This document shows positions 11,020 to 28,200 of a DNA stretch of 51,793 nucleotides, one piece after another. The position numbers were made by a program, and so were the translations under genes. The stretch is from Catajapyx aquilonaris (lineage: Eukaryota). The DNA lies in assembly GCA_000934665.2 (NCBI GenBank), contig JYFJ02002745.1, positions 1 to 51,793 on the forward strand. Reading direction: 5' to 3'. Each line of letters begins with the position of its first letter. Positions within the stretch are counted from its first letter, which is position 1. Under the pieces are notes generated by a model. It did not search any database and was not told the origin of the DNA. It worked only from the letters and a program-made list of their open reading frames with translations.

Positions 11020-11934
11020 ATGGCTTCCTCCAGACGCGGCCGTCCCCCTCCGGAAGAGTCAGGATGGATCCCCGGATTAGGGGACAACCGACCCCAGCCT
11101 CGTCTTCTAGGCAAATCCATGTTCGGCTATGTACCGGACGCATATTCTAACAAAGGACCAGTCCTTCCGTCCGAAAGGAATTCGGCCGAATCCAGCCGAG
11201 CCACGTCCAGGGTGAGTTTCTTTGTTAAAGTTGGACAACAGATGTCGCCAGTATGTACTGTCCATCTACTGTCCAATTTGTGTACCTGATACGACCTCAT
11301 TTCGGGCATTACGGCAGTGCGTGACCTCAGCCCAATAATGGTCCGGGTGTCATTAACCCTGTACGACACGCATGAAAAGGGATGCAAATGTGAAAGGGGT
11401 CAAGTGGAAATGACCCCCCGAGAGAAAGGGGGCCGAATAAATGAAGGGGGGGGGGGGTGGCAGTTGTGTGTTCATCCCCCCCTTGTTGTGTTTCCTTTCA
11501 CGCTCAACCCCGTTTATTGTTGCGAATCACAACTGTGCGGAATTCGTGCCAAATTATTAATTGGGAAGGTAATGCGTACATAACGGGGTACGGAAAATGC
11601 TCTGAACCTGAAACCCCGTATTTTTACCAACAATTGTTTCTGGGAGTTGCCTTATAAAAATGTAGTGGTACGCCATATTATGATAACAATCTGATTGCTT
11701 TATAATACAGGATACGTCTGCGGTTTCAAGTCCAACCGCATCGGTGAAACGGGCCGTTGACAAGATGACGGAAGAAATGCTGCAGGTACGGCTCGGTTAT
11801 TCTCTCGGTAAATTAAATTTTGCATAAACTCGGTTCTGTTCCAGGTGACTCTGTCTAGTGCCAACGGTATCGTGACAGAGGAAATCCGGGTGCAAACCCT
11901 GGGACAAGATGAGGCCATACCTTTTACAGACAAG
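11020..11934 (+). CDS. CRMP: Candidate alternative long N-terminus of the CRMP/dihydropyrimidinase gene. Exons 11020-11211, 11711-11785, 11845-11934, spliced to 14389
   Basis: Three stop-free, phase-0 exons with canonical sites (AGG|gtgagt, tacag|GAT, CAG|gtacgg, ttccag|GTG, AAG|gtaagt). They encode MASSRRG...SMFGYVPDAYSNK...DTSAVSSP..., resembling recalled motifs of vertebrate long CRMP isoforms. Confidence 0.65.
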
Positions 11935-12654
11935 GTAAGTTATAATTTCCCATAATATTTCACCTATACTACTGTATCGATGGGGTACATCCGCAGAAAA
12001 ACTGGCCAAATTTAATAAAATGGTGACTCAGCATCGATGGGTTATGTCGCAGTGTGTCATTGCGCAATTACTCATGGTTTAATCCAATCTGGACAGGGGG
12101 GTGTATGACTCGTACATTTTTCCGGAGCCGAAATTAATATTTTCCGCTCATTAATCAGCAGCTCAAGGTTGCTCCTGGTAGCTAATTGGTGCTGCCAATT
12201 TTACAATCATGTACTTCCCACGGTAACCTAATTATCTTTGTAGTCGATAATCATTGTTGCGAAATCCTTTGATTTACAACATATTATTATAGCAAAGTGG
12301 GTCGCAATTTTTATGGGCAAAATACGGTACAGTCTGTGCCAAAAGGAATTGGCGATTATTCATTCCGGCAGTACCACACATGCGAACTGGACTCGTGTGG
12401 GTTCGGCACGGTTCGGGTTTTGGATCGATGTGAATGTAGGAGGCTCAACCCCCAGCCATTTTCTAGTCAGAGGCAGGAAGGGCGGACCTTTGAAAAAGAA
12501 GAGCAGGGGTGGTGGTGAGGTGGTTCAAAAGAGGGTGGGAGGGGGTACCCCAGAAAGGAAAAAAAAAAAAAGTGGCCTTCCCGCCTTGTTTGTTAGCCAG
12601 TTTTGAGGTGGACGCTCCCGTGGTCGGTTGGTTGTCAGTGTTGGTCAAAATAAG

Positions 12655-18998
<6,344 letters not shown>

Positions 18999-20560
18999 TT
19001 GTTTCAACCTATTACTAATACGACCTGTTTGGCCTGCAGAACCACTTACAACGTCTGATGACAGAACTATAAAAAAAAAAGGAAGGAAGGAAGATTTTTG
19101 ACAATGCTTTTTACTACAGTCATGTAGACGTAGTATGTGTCGATCATATGTGATGCCTGTGTTGCTGTTGTTTTTACAAGCAGATCGACTTTTGTCACCA
19201 CATTTGTACAATGGTTTTACTGGATGTAATAATGTAACCCACCCCAACCACCACCCATTTGGATGTCTTTGCAAGCTTCGTGATTGTAGTTGACGATGTT
19301 TTATTGTTGAAGTGGTATAGCCGTGTTTGTGATAAGTGTAATGCCTCCTGTTACGATAATTTCGTAAGGCAGAGATGAGTTGCAGGTTACAATCAGAATG
19401 GTGTTGACCTCTAAAGCAAGAGATTTTAAAAAAATGGAGGGTTATCCAAGCAAAGGAGGCCTCCCTACTACTGTTTCCACTTTTCGATCACATTTATAAG
19501 ATACAATTTACACTTCTCAGCCGTGAGAGAAAAAGCAAGCGGCTTTTCTAGTACAGTTTCTACTTCGTTTGTTAATTTTTAATAACGAGCAGCTTTCTGG
19601 GTGAGTGGTAAGCACTCGCTGAGTAATGAAAATCTGAATCTTCCACGTAGGTCTGTTTTGGTTGCAAAAGTAGGGATTAGCCAAGGTGCCTCAATGTGCT
19701 GAGTTTTTAAATGTAGGAACGCATTGCGCTCTGACAGGGGAAAAAAAATGACAACCAAAGGATATGTAAGTGTGTGGTGACCAGGTGATTAATGAGACAT
19801 GTTGAGCTTCTTCTGAATCAAAGGAATAAATTAATCTGCATTACCACGTGTCTAGTTGAATTTCCTGGATATTTCAGTAATTCAAGATCTCCACATATTG
19901 GTATGGAAATGGGGCACAGTTGGGCAACATCATACCACAGGACGAGTGTTCCGCTATCCGGAATCTACATCGAAATGTGTTGCAGCTTCTTACGGATGCT
20001 TTCAGTCACAATCCTGAAGGGAAGCACAAAGATCCACTTTCGTATCGTTGTGGGTCACATGTGGGCATGGTGTTAGAATCTGAACAGATAAACTCAGAAC
20101 AGCCTTTAATGGCAAGCTAGTATAATACATAGCATCCTGTAATTATACCTAGCATGGTAGATTATTGCAAGAATACAAGTTGAGGCCTGAGAGTTTAAAA
20201 AAAAACTATATTCGTTTCTTCTTTTTGCATAACATTTCATTGGTGTTCACTATGCATGACTTCGAAAACGTGGCCTACACCACTACTTGATCACCCTTGT
20301 CTTTCTTATAAAGCATTATTTAGGGTGTTGCAAAAAATACACCTTTCCTCTCAGATTTAGATTTATTGTCATATTACGAGACATAATAATTACCATCATT
20401 ATTTAGACGTTGTCATAATGGTACATTAAGATCACAAATTACGTCTGTTTCCAAATTGCACCAACTGAAATTACTGATCCAATAGCTCCTAATGGATCGT
20501 TACGAGCCATCGAATCGTCAATTTCGTTGGTGCAACCGGGAATGTGTGTAAGCTCACATA

Positions 20561-20715
20561 CAGATGTCCCAAGTATCAGGGTCATTTTTAGTTCCTGCTA
20601 ATATCTCCTGAAGTAGTTATTTTCAAGGATTGGGGCACAATAAGCTACAAAAAACAATGACAGCTTTGTTCAAAGTTTCCTGTAACTAAAGTGACCTACA
20701 CACTTGGAAACCCTG
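20561..20715. mobile_element. Degenerate Tc1/mariner-like MITE
   Basis: TA-flanked imperfect terminal inverted repeats: CAGATGTCCCAAGTATCAGGGTCATTTTTAGTT versus reverse complement CAGGGTTTCCAAGTGTGTAGGTCACTTTAGTT. Confidence 0.4.
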
Positions 20716-21458
20716 TATATGTCATCCCACAACAAGCAAAATTTACCCCATAAATTATGGCAATTATGGTGGGTAATATAATGCTGAGAGGAAGTGGGCA
20801 CCTTTTGCAACTCCTTGTACAGATAAGTATAGGTGGGAGGAAAGCACACAATTTTGGTACTGCTTGCCTACCTCTATGGTGACAAGTGTGACACTATGGC
20901 AAACCCAACAATTCTGACTGATATATCACACTACAGCACTGATCATGACCATCACTTCTGCGGCTTTTGCCATGAGGGGACAGAAGGCTTTCCTTGCTGT
21001 CCACACTAGCCACCTGAATTATGGCAGTTCATGGAATTCCTTCCCCTTATGGCAGAAATAGACACCCCAAATGTTTACAATCAGTGCTGCAAAAACATTG
21101 CATAGAGGGGGACAGAAACGGACAGCAGCTGCAAAGGCATGCTGGAACCACCTGATGTGCTGCGATTTTTCATACAAAATTTTGGAATTCTTCATTAATT
21201 TTATTATTTGTCGTCTGTAATAGGCTCAGAAAAAAATTGCAATTTTGTCACGCCTGCATGCCACAAACTTTCACATAAATAAATATTGAATAAGATCATG
21301 CTGTGCCCAATGACGTGGGCATTCTGTTCCGGAAAAAGCAGCACCACACTGGCAAGACACTAGATGACAAATTAAATTCCCTTCAAATTAGAGTCTCAGG
21401 CAACAACTTGTGCTGTGGGTCACTCGGGTACAGAGACTCTATTTCAGTCTTGGCAGTT

Positions 21459-22808
21459 TCATGCACTCTCCTCTTTAGCCACTTCCTCTTCAGCCCCTTC
21501 CTTTGTCTCTGATTGCCGCACGGCACTGAATTTGAGACTGAGGTACATTCCAAGGCAGGAGATAAGTGCACACACAGCAAACATAGTCTGGTTCCCACTC
21601 ACTGAACCTTGCCCACTGTGCAGCCACAATAGGCCGCCACAGGTCAGTGTGTTCATGGGTACTCGGAACCAGTTCATTATGTTCGCCCTCAGTTCCTCTG
21701 GTATCACCTGGCTTCGTACGTAACCAATGGCTGGAAAGTACATTCCAACTGCAACCTCCAGTGCCAGGAAGGAAGCTAGGGACAGGTACGGAGCTGGACT
21801 GTCAGCCTTAGTTGACACAATGCACGTACACATGCATGTTAGGAGAATGAACATGGATAGTGAGAGGATCTGCTCAGGTCGGAAGTGGCGAGCAATCATT
21901 ATGGAATACAAGGAAGATCCAACCATTATGGCTACCATGAAGCATGAAAAGACGATGCCAAGCGGTGGGTGTATAGTCGAGTCAAGAATAGGTGTCCACA
22001 GGAACACAAATATGTACATTGCTGACTCGAATATGGACTGGATGAGGCCAAGCAAGAATATCTCTTCACTCCACACGATCCGACGCAACCCCTGGCCACA
22101 GCTGCGTCCAAACTCAACCTTGCGGTCTCCATGGTTCTCACCCCACTGTCGCCAGACCAGTACGCCACATGCCACCAGACATGGTACTGCCAGCAAAAAC
22201 GGTGCCACTGGTCCAAAAGACATCCACTCGGCAGCTGCATTGGCAGAAACACCTGCCCCAATGGCTAATACACCATTCCAGAAAGTTGCTTTTGAGAAAG
22301 TGACGGAGATCCACTCAGGTGGGAAGTCATTCCCATGCACATGTTCGTACACATACCATGCCTCAAAAGTTGAAAAGAGCATAGATGTCGACACCCCACC
22401 AAACACACGCCCAATCATCAGCACACCAAAATCACTGCTCAGCTTGGTGAGACAGCACACCGAATACGTTATGCTGAATGCAATGCACATGCGCTTTCGT
22501 CCAAACTTGTCTGCCAGAGGGCCAGTTGCAGTGCCAAATAACACACCTGCCGCAAATCCAACCACATAGAGCACAGCAATTTGCGTCTCGGCAAATCCAT
22601 AATGTGAGTAGAGCTTGTAGACGTATGGTCCTTGGAGCCAGTCAGAGAAAAGGGCCAGGAAGTAGACGGAGAAGAAGCGTCGCTGGAAGGCCAGGAACTG
22701 CGGGTTGTTACCGGACGACACGGCAGGCTTGGTGCGGGAAGCCACATACTGGATGCCCACCGATGCTAAGGCAAGCACGGCGAACAGAATGTATATCATT
22801 CCGTCCAT
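21459..22808 (-). CDS. MFSD5: Molybdate-anion transporter, MFS family (449 aa, uninterrupted coding exon)
   Basis: Motifs NPQFLAFQRRFFSVYFLALFSDWLQGPYVYKLY, STFEAWYVYEH, FESAMYIFVFLWTP and RANIMNWFRVP(M)N, with many hydrophobic helices. First in-frame ATG (MDGMIY) follows a splice acceptor at ~22832. A short upstream coding exon is not excluded. Confidence 0.93.
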   Translation of the reverse strand: MDGMIYILFAVLALASVGIQYVASRTKPAVSSGNNPQFLAFQRRFFSVYFLALFSDWLQGPYVYKLYSHYGFAETQIAVLYVVGFAAGVLFGTATGPLADKFGRKRMCIAFSITYSVCCLTKLSSDFGVLMIGRVFGGVSTSMLFSTFEAWYVYEHVHGNDFPPEWISVTFSKATFWNGVLAIGAGVSANAAAEWMSFGPVAPFLLAVPCLVACGVLVWRQWGENHGDRKVEFGRSCGQGLRRIVWSEEIFLLGLIQSIFESAMYIFVFLWTPILDSTIHPPLGIVFSCFMVAIMVGSSLYSIMIARHFRPEQILSLSMFILLTCMCTCIVSTKADSPAPYLSLASFLALEVAVGMYFPAIGYVRSQVIPEELRANIMNWFRVPMNTLTCGGLLWLHSGQGSVSGNQTMFAVCALISCLGMYLSLKFSAVRQSETKEGAEEEVAKEESA

Positions 22809-23459
22809 ACCCAATGCTTGTTCCCATTCACCTGTAACGAGAATCAGAGGTGAACGAACATGTACAGTAACTCCTGTGAATGCACCGGCTTTATCTGGCC
22901 GAAGAAGAGCCACAACAGTTTGTTATTCATTGTTGACAACAATTGAACCCGGCCTAAGTCACAACTTGTGCCGAACCATACGCCATGTTCTACCTGCGCT
23001 AACGACTGCAACAGTCGAATTATCTAGCAGCAACACCATTTTCTAAACAGAAGTCCAACGACACCTTCTGCCAACGTCACAATTTCTGCGCAACTCTTTT
23101 TCCGGTCGACTTGCACATTGCCACATTCACTAGGCAACGGCCCACAATATCTGTCAACTTATCTTCCTCTCCGTAATCTTTTGCATAATCTTAACCTGTA
23201 CGCTATTGCAAACAACGAGACAGGTGCACTTACAGCAGGGTAACCCAGGTGTGATTCATGAATATGTAATGATGACAGCAGGCCACGTTCTTCTGCGTAC
23301 CTGAAGTAATCTGCATAAAACAGGATCCATTACAGATGGGCGATACTATCGATCCGCCTCCTCGTATGTACTACTCGGCATCATCCACCACCAAATTTAC
23401 ACGGCGCACAAGAGGCGCGCAAACATTGAATAATTGGCTTGTTGAAATCCCGCCCCCAT

Positions 23460-24110
23460 GGGCTAGAGAACCAATCGGCTGGCCGGAATACAACAGCTGT
23501 TTAATAGCATTGTTATGATGTTTCTGCCTAATTTTTGTTGTGTGTTTTTTTCCCTTCCCTGGTATAGCCCATAAAGGAGCTGAAGCAACTGAGGCCACAC
23601 ACTGATTAAACAGGTGGGCAGAAGAGCGGGGCTTGGATGACCCTGCCCGGAGGCTGCCACCTCCTGATTTACATACGATGCAATTAGTCAAATCTAAAAA
23701 CAACAACAGGAAGTGCACAATGCAGTAGGAAGTGTCCGGTGTACATGTAGGCGTGGGATGATGCAATATTAGCCGGCGGAGATAGAGACAAGTGGACGTG
23801 CCTGGAGTGCTCGATTGTATTCATTGACGTCAAAGAGAAACCAACGAAGAGAAGACTGTAAAAAAGAGGCCGGCGCGGCGGGTCGGCCAATTGAAACAGA
23901 GAAAGGCGAATTTTCCGGGAAATCCTGGTGAGTCACGAGCAGGTACACAAAAAAACAGCCTTCGAAGGCCCTCGTCAGGCCTTCGTCATGACGTAAGGAT
24001 CAGCCAATCGGAGACTGGGAAACGTCGCCTTATGGAGGGCAGTTCCAGCATGTTCCAGCTAGACCACTGATTGTTGCATTATACCCCCGTACGGACGCCA
24101 TTATTGGTCT
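23460..24110. promoter_or_regulatory. Divergent MFSD5/Mitf promoter region with CRE and CCAAT boxes
   Basis: Palindromic TGACGTCA at 23825-23832, CGTCATGACG/TGACGTAA at 23984-23996, and CCAAT at ~23471, ~23886 and ~24004. CpG-rich and lies between head-to-head genes. Confidence 0.5.
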
Positions 24111-24420
24111 AGTACCCCACATTCAAGCGGAGTGGTGTGCCTGTACAAATATGGAGTCCGATTGTGCTGCAGGTTGGTTGACGACCACTTTCTGTACCGG
24201 CCCCGATTAGGAGTGCGGTGTCCCGCCGTCAGATGCCGCCGCTTCGTCCCAGTGTCGTCACTCTTGTCGGTGTCGTCTCGTCGGCAGCATCCCAGGGCAT
24301 CCCCAAATAGGTTGACAACACCGCCGAACAATTGTTCCGCCGCCCCCGGGGGCATAGCGAGTGAGGCAAGCCTTGGGTGGCCCAGCTGCCGTGTGTTGTG
24401 TGCTGTCGTACCAGCGAAGG

Positions 24421-25182
24421 ATGCAGCAGCCTCCGTCGCAGCAAGTGGAGTCGGGCGTCGACCTCCAGTTCGACGTCGACGTGGCGCAATACCTGGCCAG
24501 CGACGAAGGGATGATGGAGATCATGGCCGAGCTGGCCATGCCGGGCGACGGGGTGATGGCCATGGACGACGGAGAGGTCGGGATCACCACCGTCGTGCCA
24601 TGCGAGCTCAAGTCCAAGCCCGTCTCACAGAGGTAACGTGATGTGTTTCGGTGTTTGGCACGGCCTGTCTGTCTGCATGTAAACAACTCGTCGTATTTTC
24701 GTGAGTCGGTGTGATGTCGACACCAGCAGACACACGTGTGTCCTTCAAATAAATGGCCGGATGAAGGGTTGAATTCCCGGTCATAATTTGGGACGCATGC
24801 AGCACATTACGTAACGCAGTGTTTGACACCAGCCTGCTTGGCATCTGGTGACACATCCCAGCCACCTGCACCACCCTCTGTTCCCGTATTGTCCGCGCTG
24901 TGTCGGGTTACCTCAAATGCGGTACAGTCTGGCGAATGATACCTGATCAGCGGGTTTTATGTTACCAGGCTGCACTAGTGGGATGTTGCCTGCCTGAACA
25001 CTGGAGGGGAATATTACACCACCGCACCATCTGCATAATTTCAGTTCCAAGGTTCACTTTAAATGTGGAATTGTGATATCTGTTCTGAGGTCAGCCTGAG
25101 TGTGTATGCATCCATGTGTGCAAGTGTTGACTACCCACAACTCAGCATATAGGTGGACAGAGTGCAGACATGTAATGCTGAC

Positions 25183-25239
<57 letters not shown>

Positions 25240-28200
25240 GATGCGAATTATCGCACTTATGCGTTAGGTTACGCACTTCCAGTATAAAACTTTCCCCAGA
25301 TTCACTCCTTCATAGAAAGGATTGACGTATTTGGCATTGCAATAAAAACCACAAGCTCAAGTGCAAGAGGGAGTGGCATTATCCGTCAGGATTTGAGGGT
25401 TGCGTATTTTTAAAGTGTGGTTATGAGGTATTGCGGTATGCCCTTTCAAGACATAAGTGCACTTTATCGGTTTTTCCAAAAAAAGGGTCATGCTATTATT
25501 CCACAAAATGTTCATTGGCTACATGTGGGCTGTTGTATAAACACTGTTTATTGGTATGATTGTATTTTATCTTAATTTAAATTGGTGTAATGGCCATGGA
25601 ACAAACCTAAGGGGAATTTCCTAGAATGAAAATAGGTCTGACAGCATTCCAGAGGATTGTAATAAACACCGCTCAGCCCAAGCCCTGCCAAGGGATACGC
25701 CTTAACAATCCATGACCTCGGTTAATCCCCGCCGTTGGCCCTCCCTACCCCCACCCACCCACATCGATTTTTGGCACAAGGTCAAGGCCCTCGAACTGCG
25801 GGGAATTTCGGGTTCTTGCTCCTGTAAAGTCCCGCCACACATGCCAATCTATGTGGTTAATTGTGTGGTCATATATGTGTTTAATGCTCTTTTTGGCAGT
25901 AATCCCAGTGTATATAGTAACTCTGTTTACAGTTTTTCATGGCGATAATATTAATTTAAAGGGTGCATATTATATAGGAAAAACATGTGCTGTACTAGTA
26001 GCCCCCCCATGTATGCCTCACGGCTGGTCACCTTCAGGTGAGATTATTGTTGTGTGGTACATATCAACCGATAAAAATGGCTGAAAGCTCGATAGCATTA
26101 TCGCTATCTGACGATAAATGATGTCACTATTAATTTCATATGTTCCGGGGTTATGCTATCATATGACCCAGCCAAATTCGTGCGAATTTGGCCCACTTGG
26201 TGTGTATGGCCCCGGGGTCGAAACAACCAGACGATAACCCTCGAAAAATCTTGTAGCAACAATGCAGACCTCATTATGAGAAAGTGGTGGTATTTATATA
26301 AGAATATTGACGCACTTGCCATTTTTTTTTGCGGGATTGCACCAGATGGGTACTATATAGACACCTTATCCAGTATGACTATAATCAAAGGTTGAGCTTT
26401 GGTAAAAATGTCGAAGGGTATTGTCGATCACGGTGTCGCCCACGATAAGGTTACAAGTGCGTAGGAAGTTCAACGAGACCAGTTGCACAACAGTCGAGAA
26501 TTGACAAAAGTGACCTCTGCAAAACGGTTTTGCTATTGAGACCTTGGCCGTTCAGCGTCTTTGGCCGAGTTTGTTGAGTCGGAAATAAACTGCCTGTGGG
26601 AGTCGGTCCAAGTGGCGAAAAATGGTGACCAACACCTAGGACGCAATTACGGGGACGAAAACCTCCTAACATTGTTTGGAGGGAAATTACTCCATGCGGC
26701 TGCCACTTTGTATCCGTCGGCACGTGTTCCAGACGTGAACATTGAAAATTAGCAATATGAAAAAAATGGCACGTTATGTTCCAGTTGTGAAGTCAATGCA
26801 CTTGGCTTTGTGCGCATGTCGTTGCGACGCCATGTGGCACACGTGGTTCGATAGTGAGGACCCTTGTATCAGGAAATGTGTTCGATAGACACGAATATCC
26901 GTTGTAAACTCATCTCTATTGCGTTTTGGGCCAAGAATTATTTACCGAACTGGAGCACATACGTAACAGGTCCCATCCATACAAAAATATATACGTGTGC
27001 AAAGCTCATTTGTTGGACGGATTGCCTCCGCGGCGTACGTGTGTGTGTGACACTAGTGCATTGTTGCTGAAAACCCTAGTTGGCAAGCCCATTTCCGAGA
27101 GTCTAAATATAACGTGACAAGTAATTCAATGTCACACTAGTGACGCTCAAAGTTGAGTGAAAGAATTCGAGAAATTTTGACCCTAGAATTGGGTAGACAT
27201 GCAGGGATTTTGGGGCCCGTATTTTACCCAAATGACGTCAAGTGTGCGCAAAACCTAGGGTATTTTTGAGTTCGCGGGCGGAGTGCTGTTGCTGCCATAT
27301 TGCCATAGGAACATGGAGGGGCTTAGAGGCGGACAGGTAATCCGCAGCTGCACGGAATCATCTGGATTAAGGTCGTGCTACAGCTCAGTAGTGTCCCGGT
27401 CGTGCGGACCGGTCCTACCGTCGATGGCCAACAGTTTGCAAGAGCAGGTTAGCGAGTTCCAGGAGATCATTGACAAGATCACTAAGATGAACAGCCACGA
27501 GGAGACATCTTCTGGGTGCTCCAGTATGGCCTCGGACAGATCGGACCAACGGGTACCCTCGGCTCCGGTCAGGACCGGGATTGATCAGGATTTGGAGATG
27601 ATACTGGATATGGATCCGTCCATTATCGACGGAGCGGCGGTTAGTCGTGGGAGGTTGATGGAGAGGTTGCGAAACATGACCTGTCCTAGCCAGGAGAAGA
27701 TGCAGGTGGACCATAAGGAGGATGGACATCCCGCTGGGCATGGACTGCCGCCAAGGATTGGAGGGTATGGCCTGCTTTGCCGTCCCAATGAGAAACACCA
27801 AATGTCCAAAACTAGTAAGGGTGAAAGTCGCATGCATGCCCTGCACTAATCTTCCCCCCCTGACTCAGTAGGGATTAGAGCAGGTCATGCATGCGAATTT
27901 CCCCCTTATAGTTTTGAAGTTAGGGTGTTTCTCATTGGGACGGCATAGCTGCTGCGAACCACTTTTGGGGGACCTCGACCGTGACCTCACACAATTGTGT
28001 GAGGGCACGGTCGAGGTCGTTGTGGGTGGTAAGAGCAATTTGGCAGTACTGTGAGGTGAATCAACCGCATTCCTGATGACCCCGTGGGAAGTATACCTTC
28101 CATAAGCTGGGTGCATGTCTCTGGTATAGTGGAGACAACATTTCAGTGACTCACAAGTGATGTCAAGGCTCCCATCACCAGTTAATGAAATAATTCCACC

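Noticed and set aside
19792..20120. Short ORFs downstream of CRMP
   Set aside because: No recognisable homology or coherent splice structure.
21727..22569. 280-aa plus-strand ORF
   Set aside because: Antisense shadow of the MFSD5 coding sequence with no recognisable motifs.
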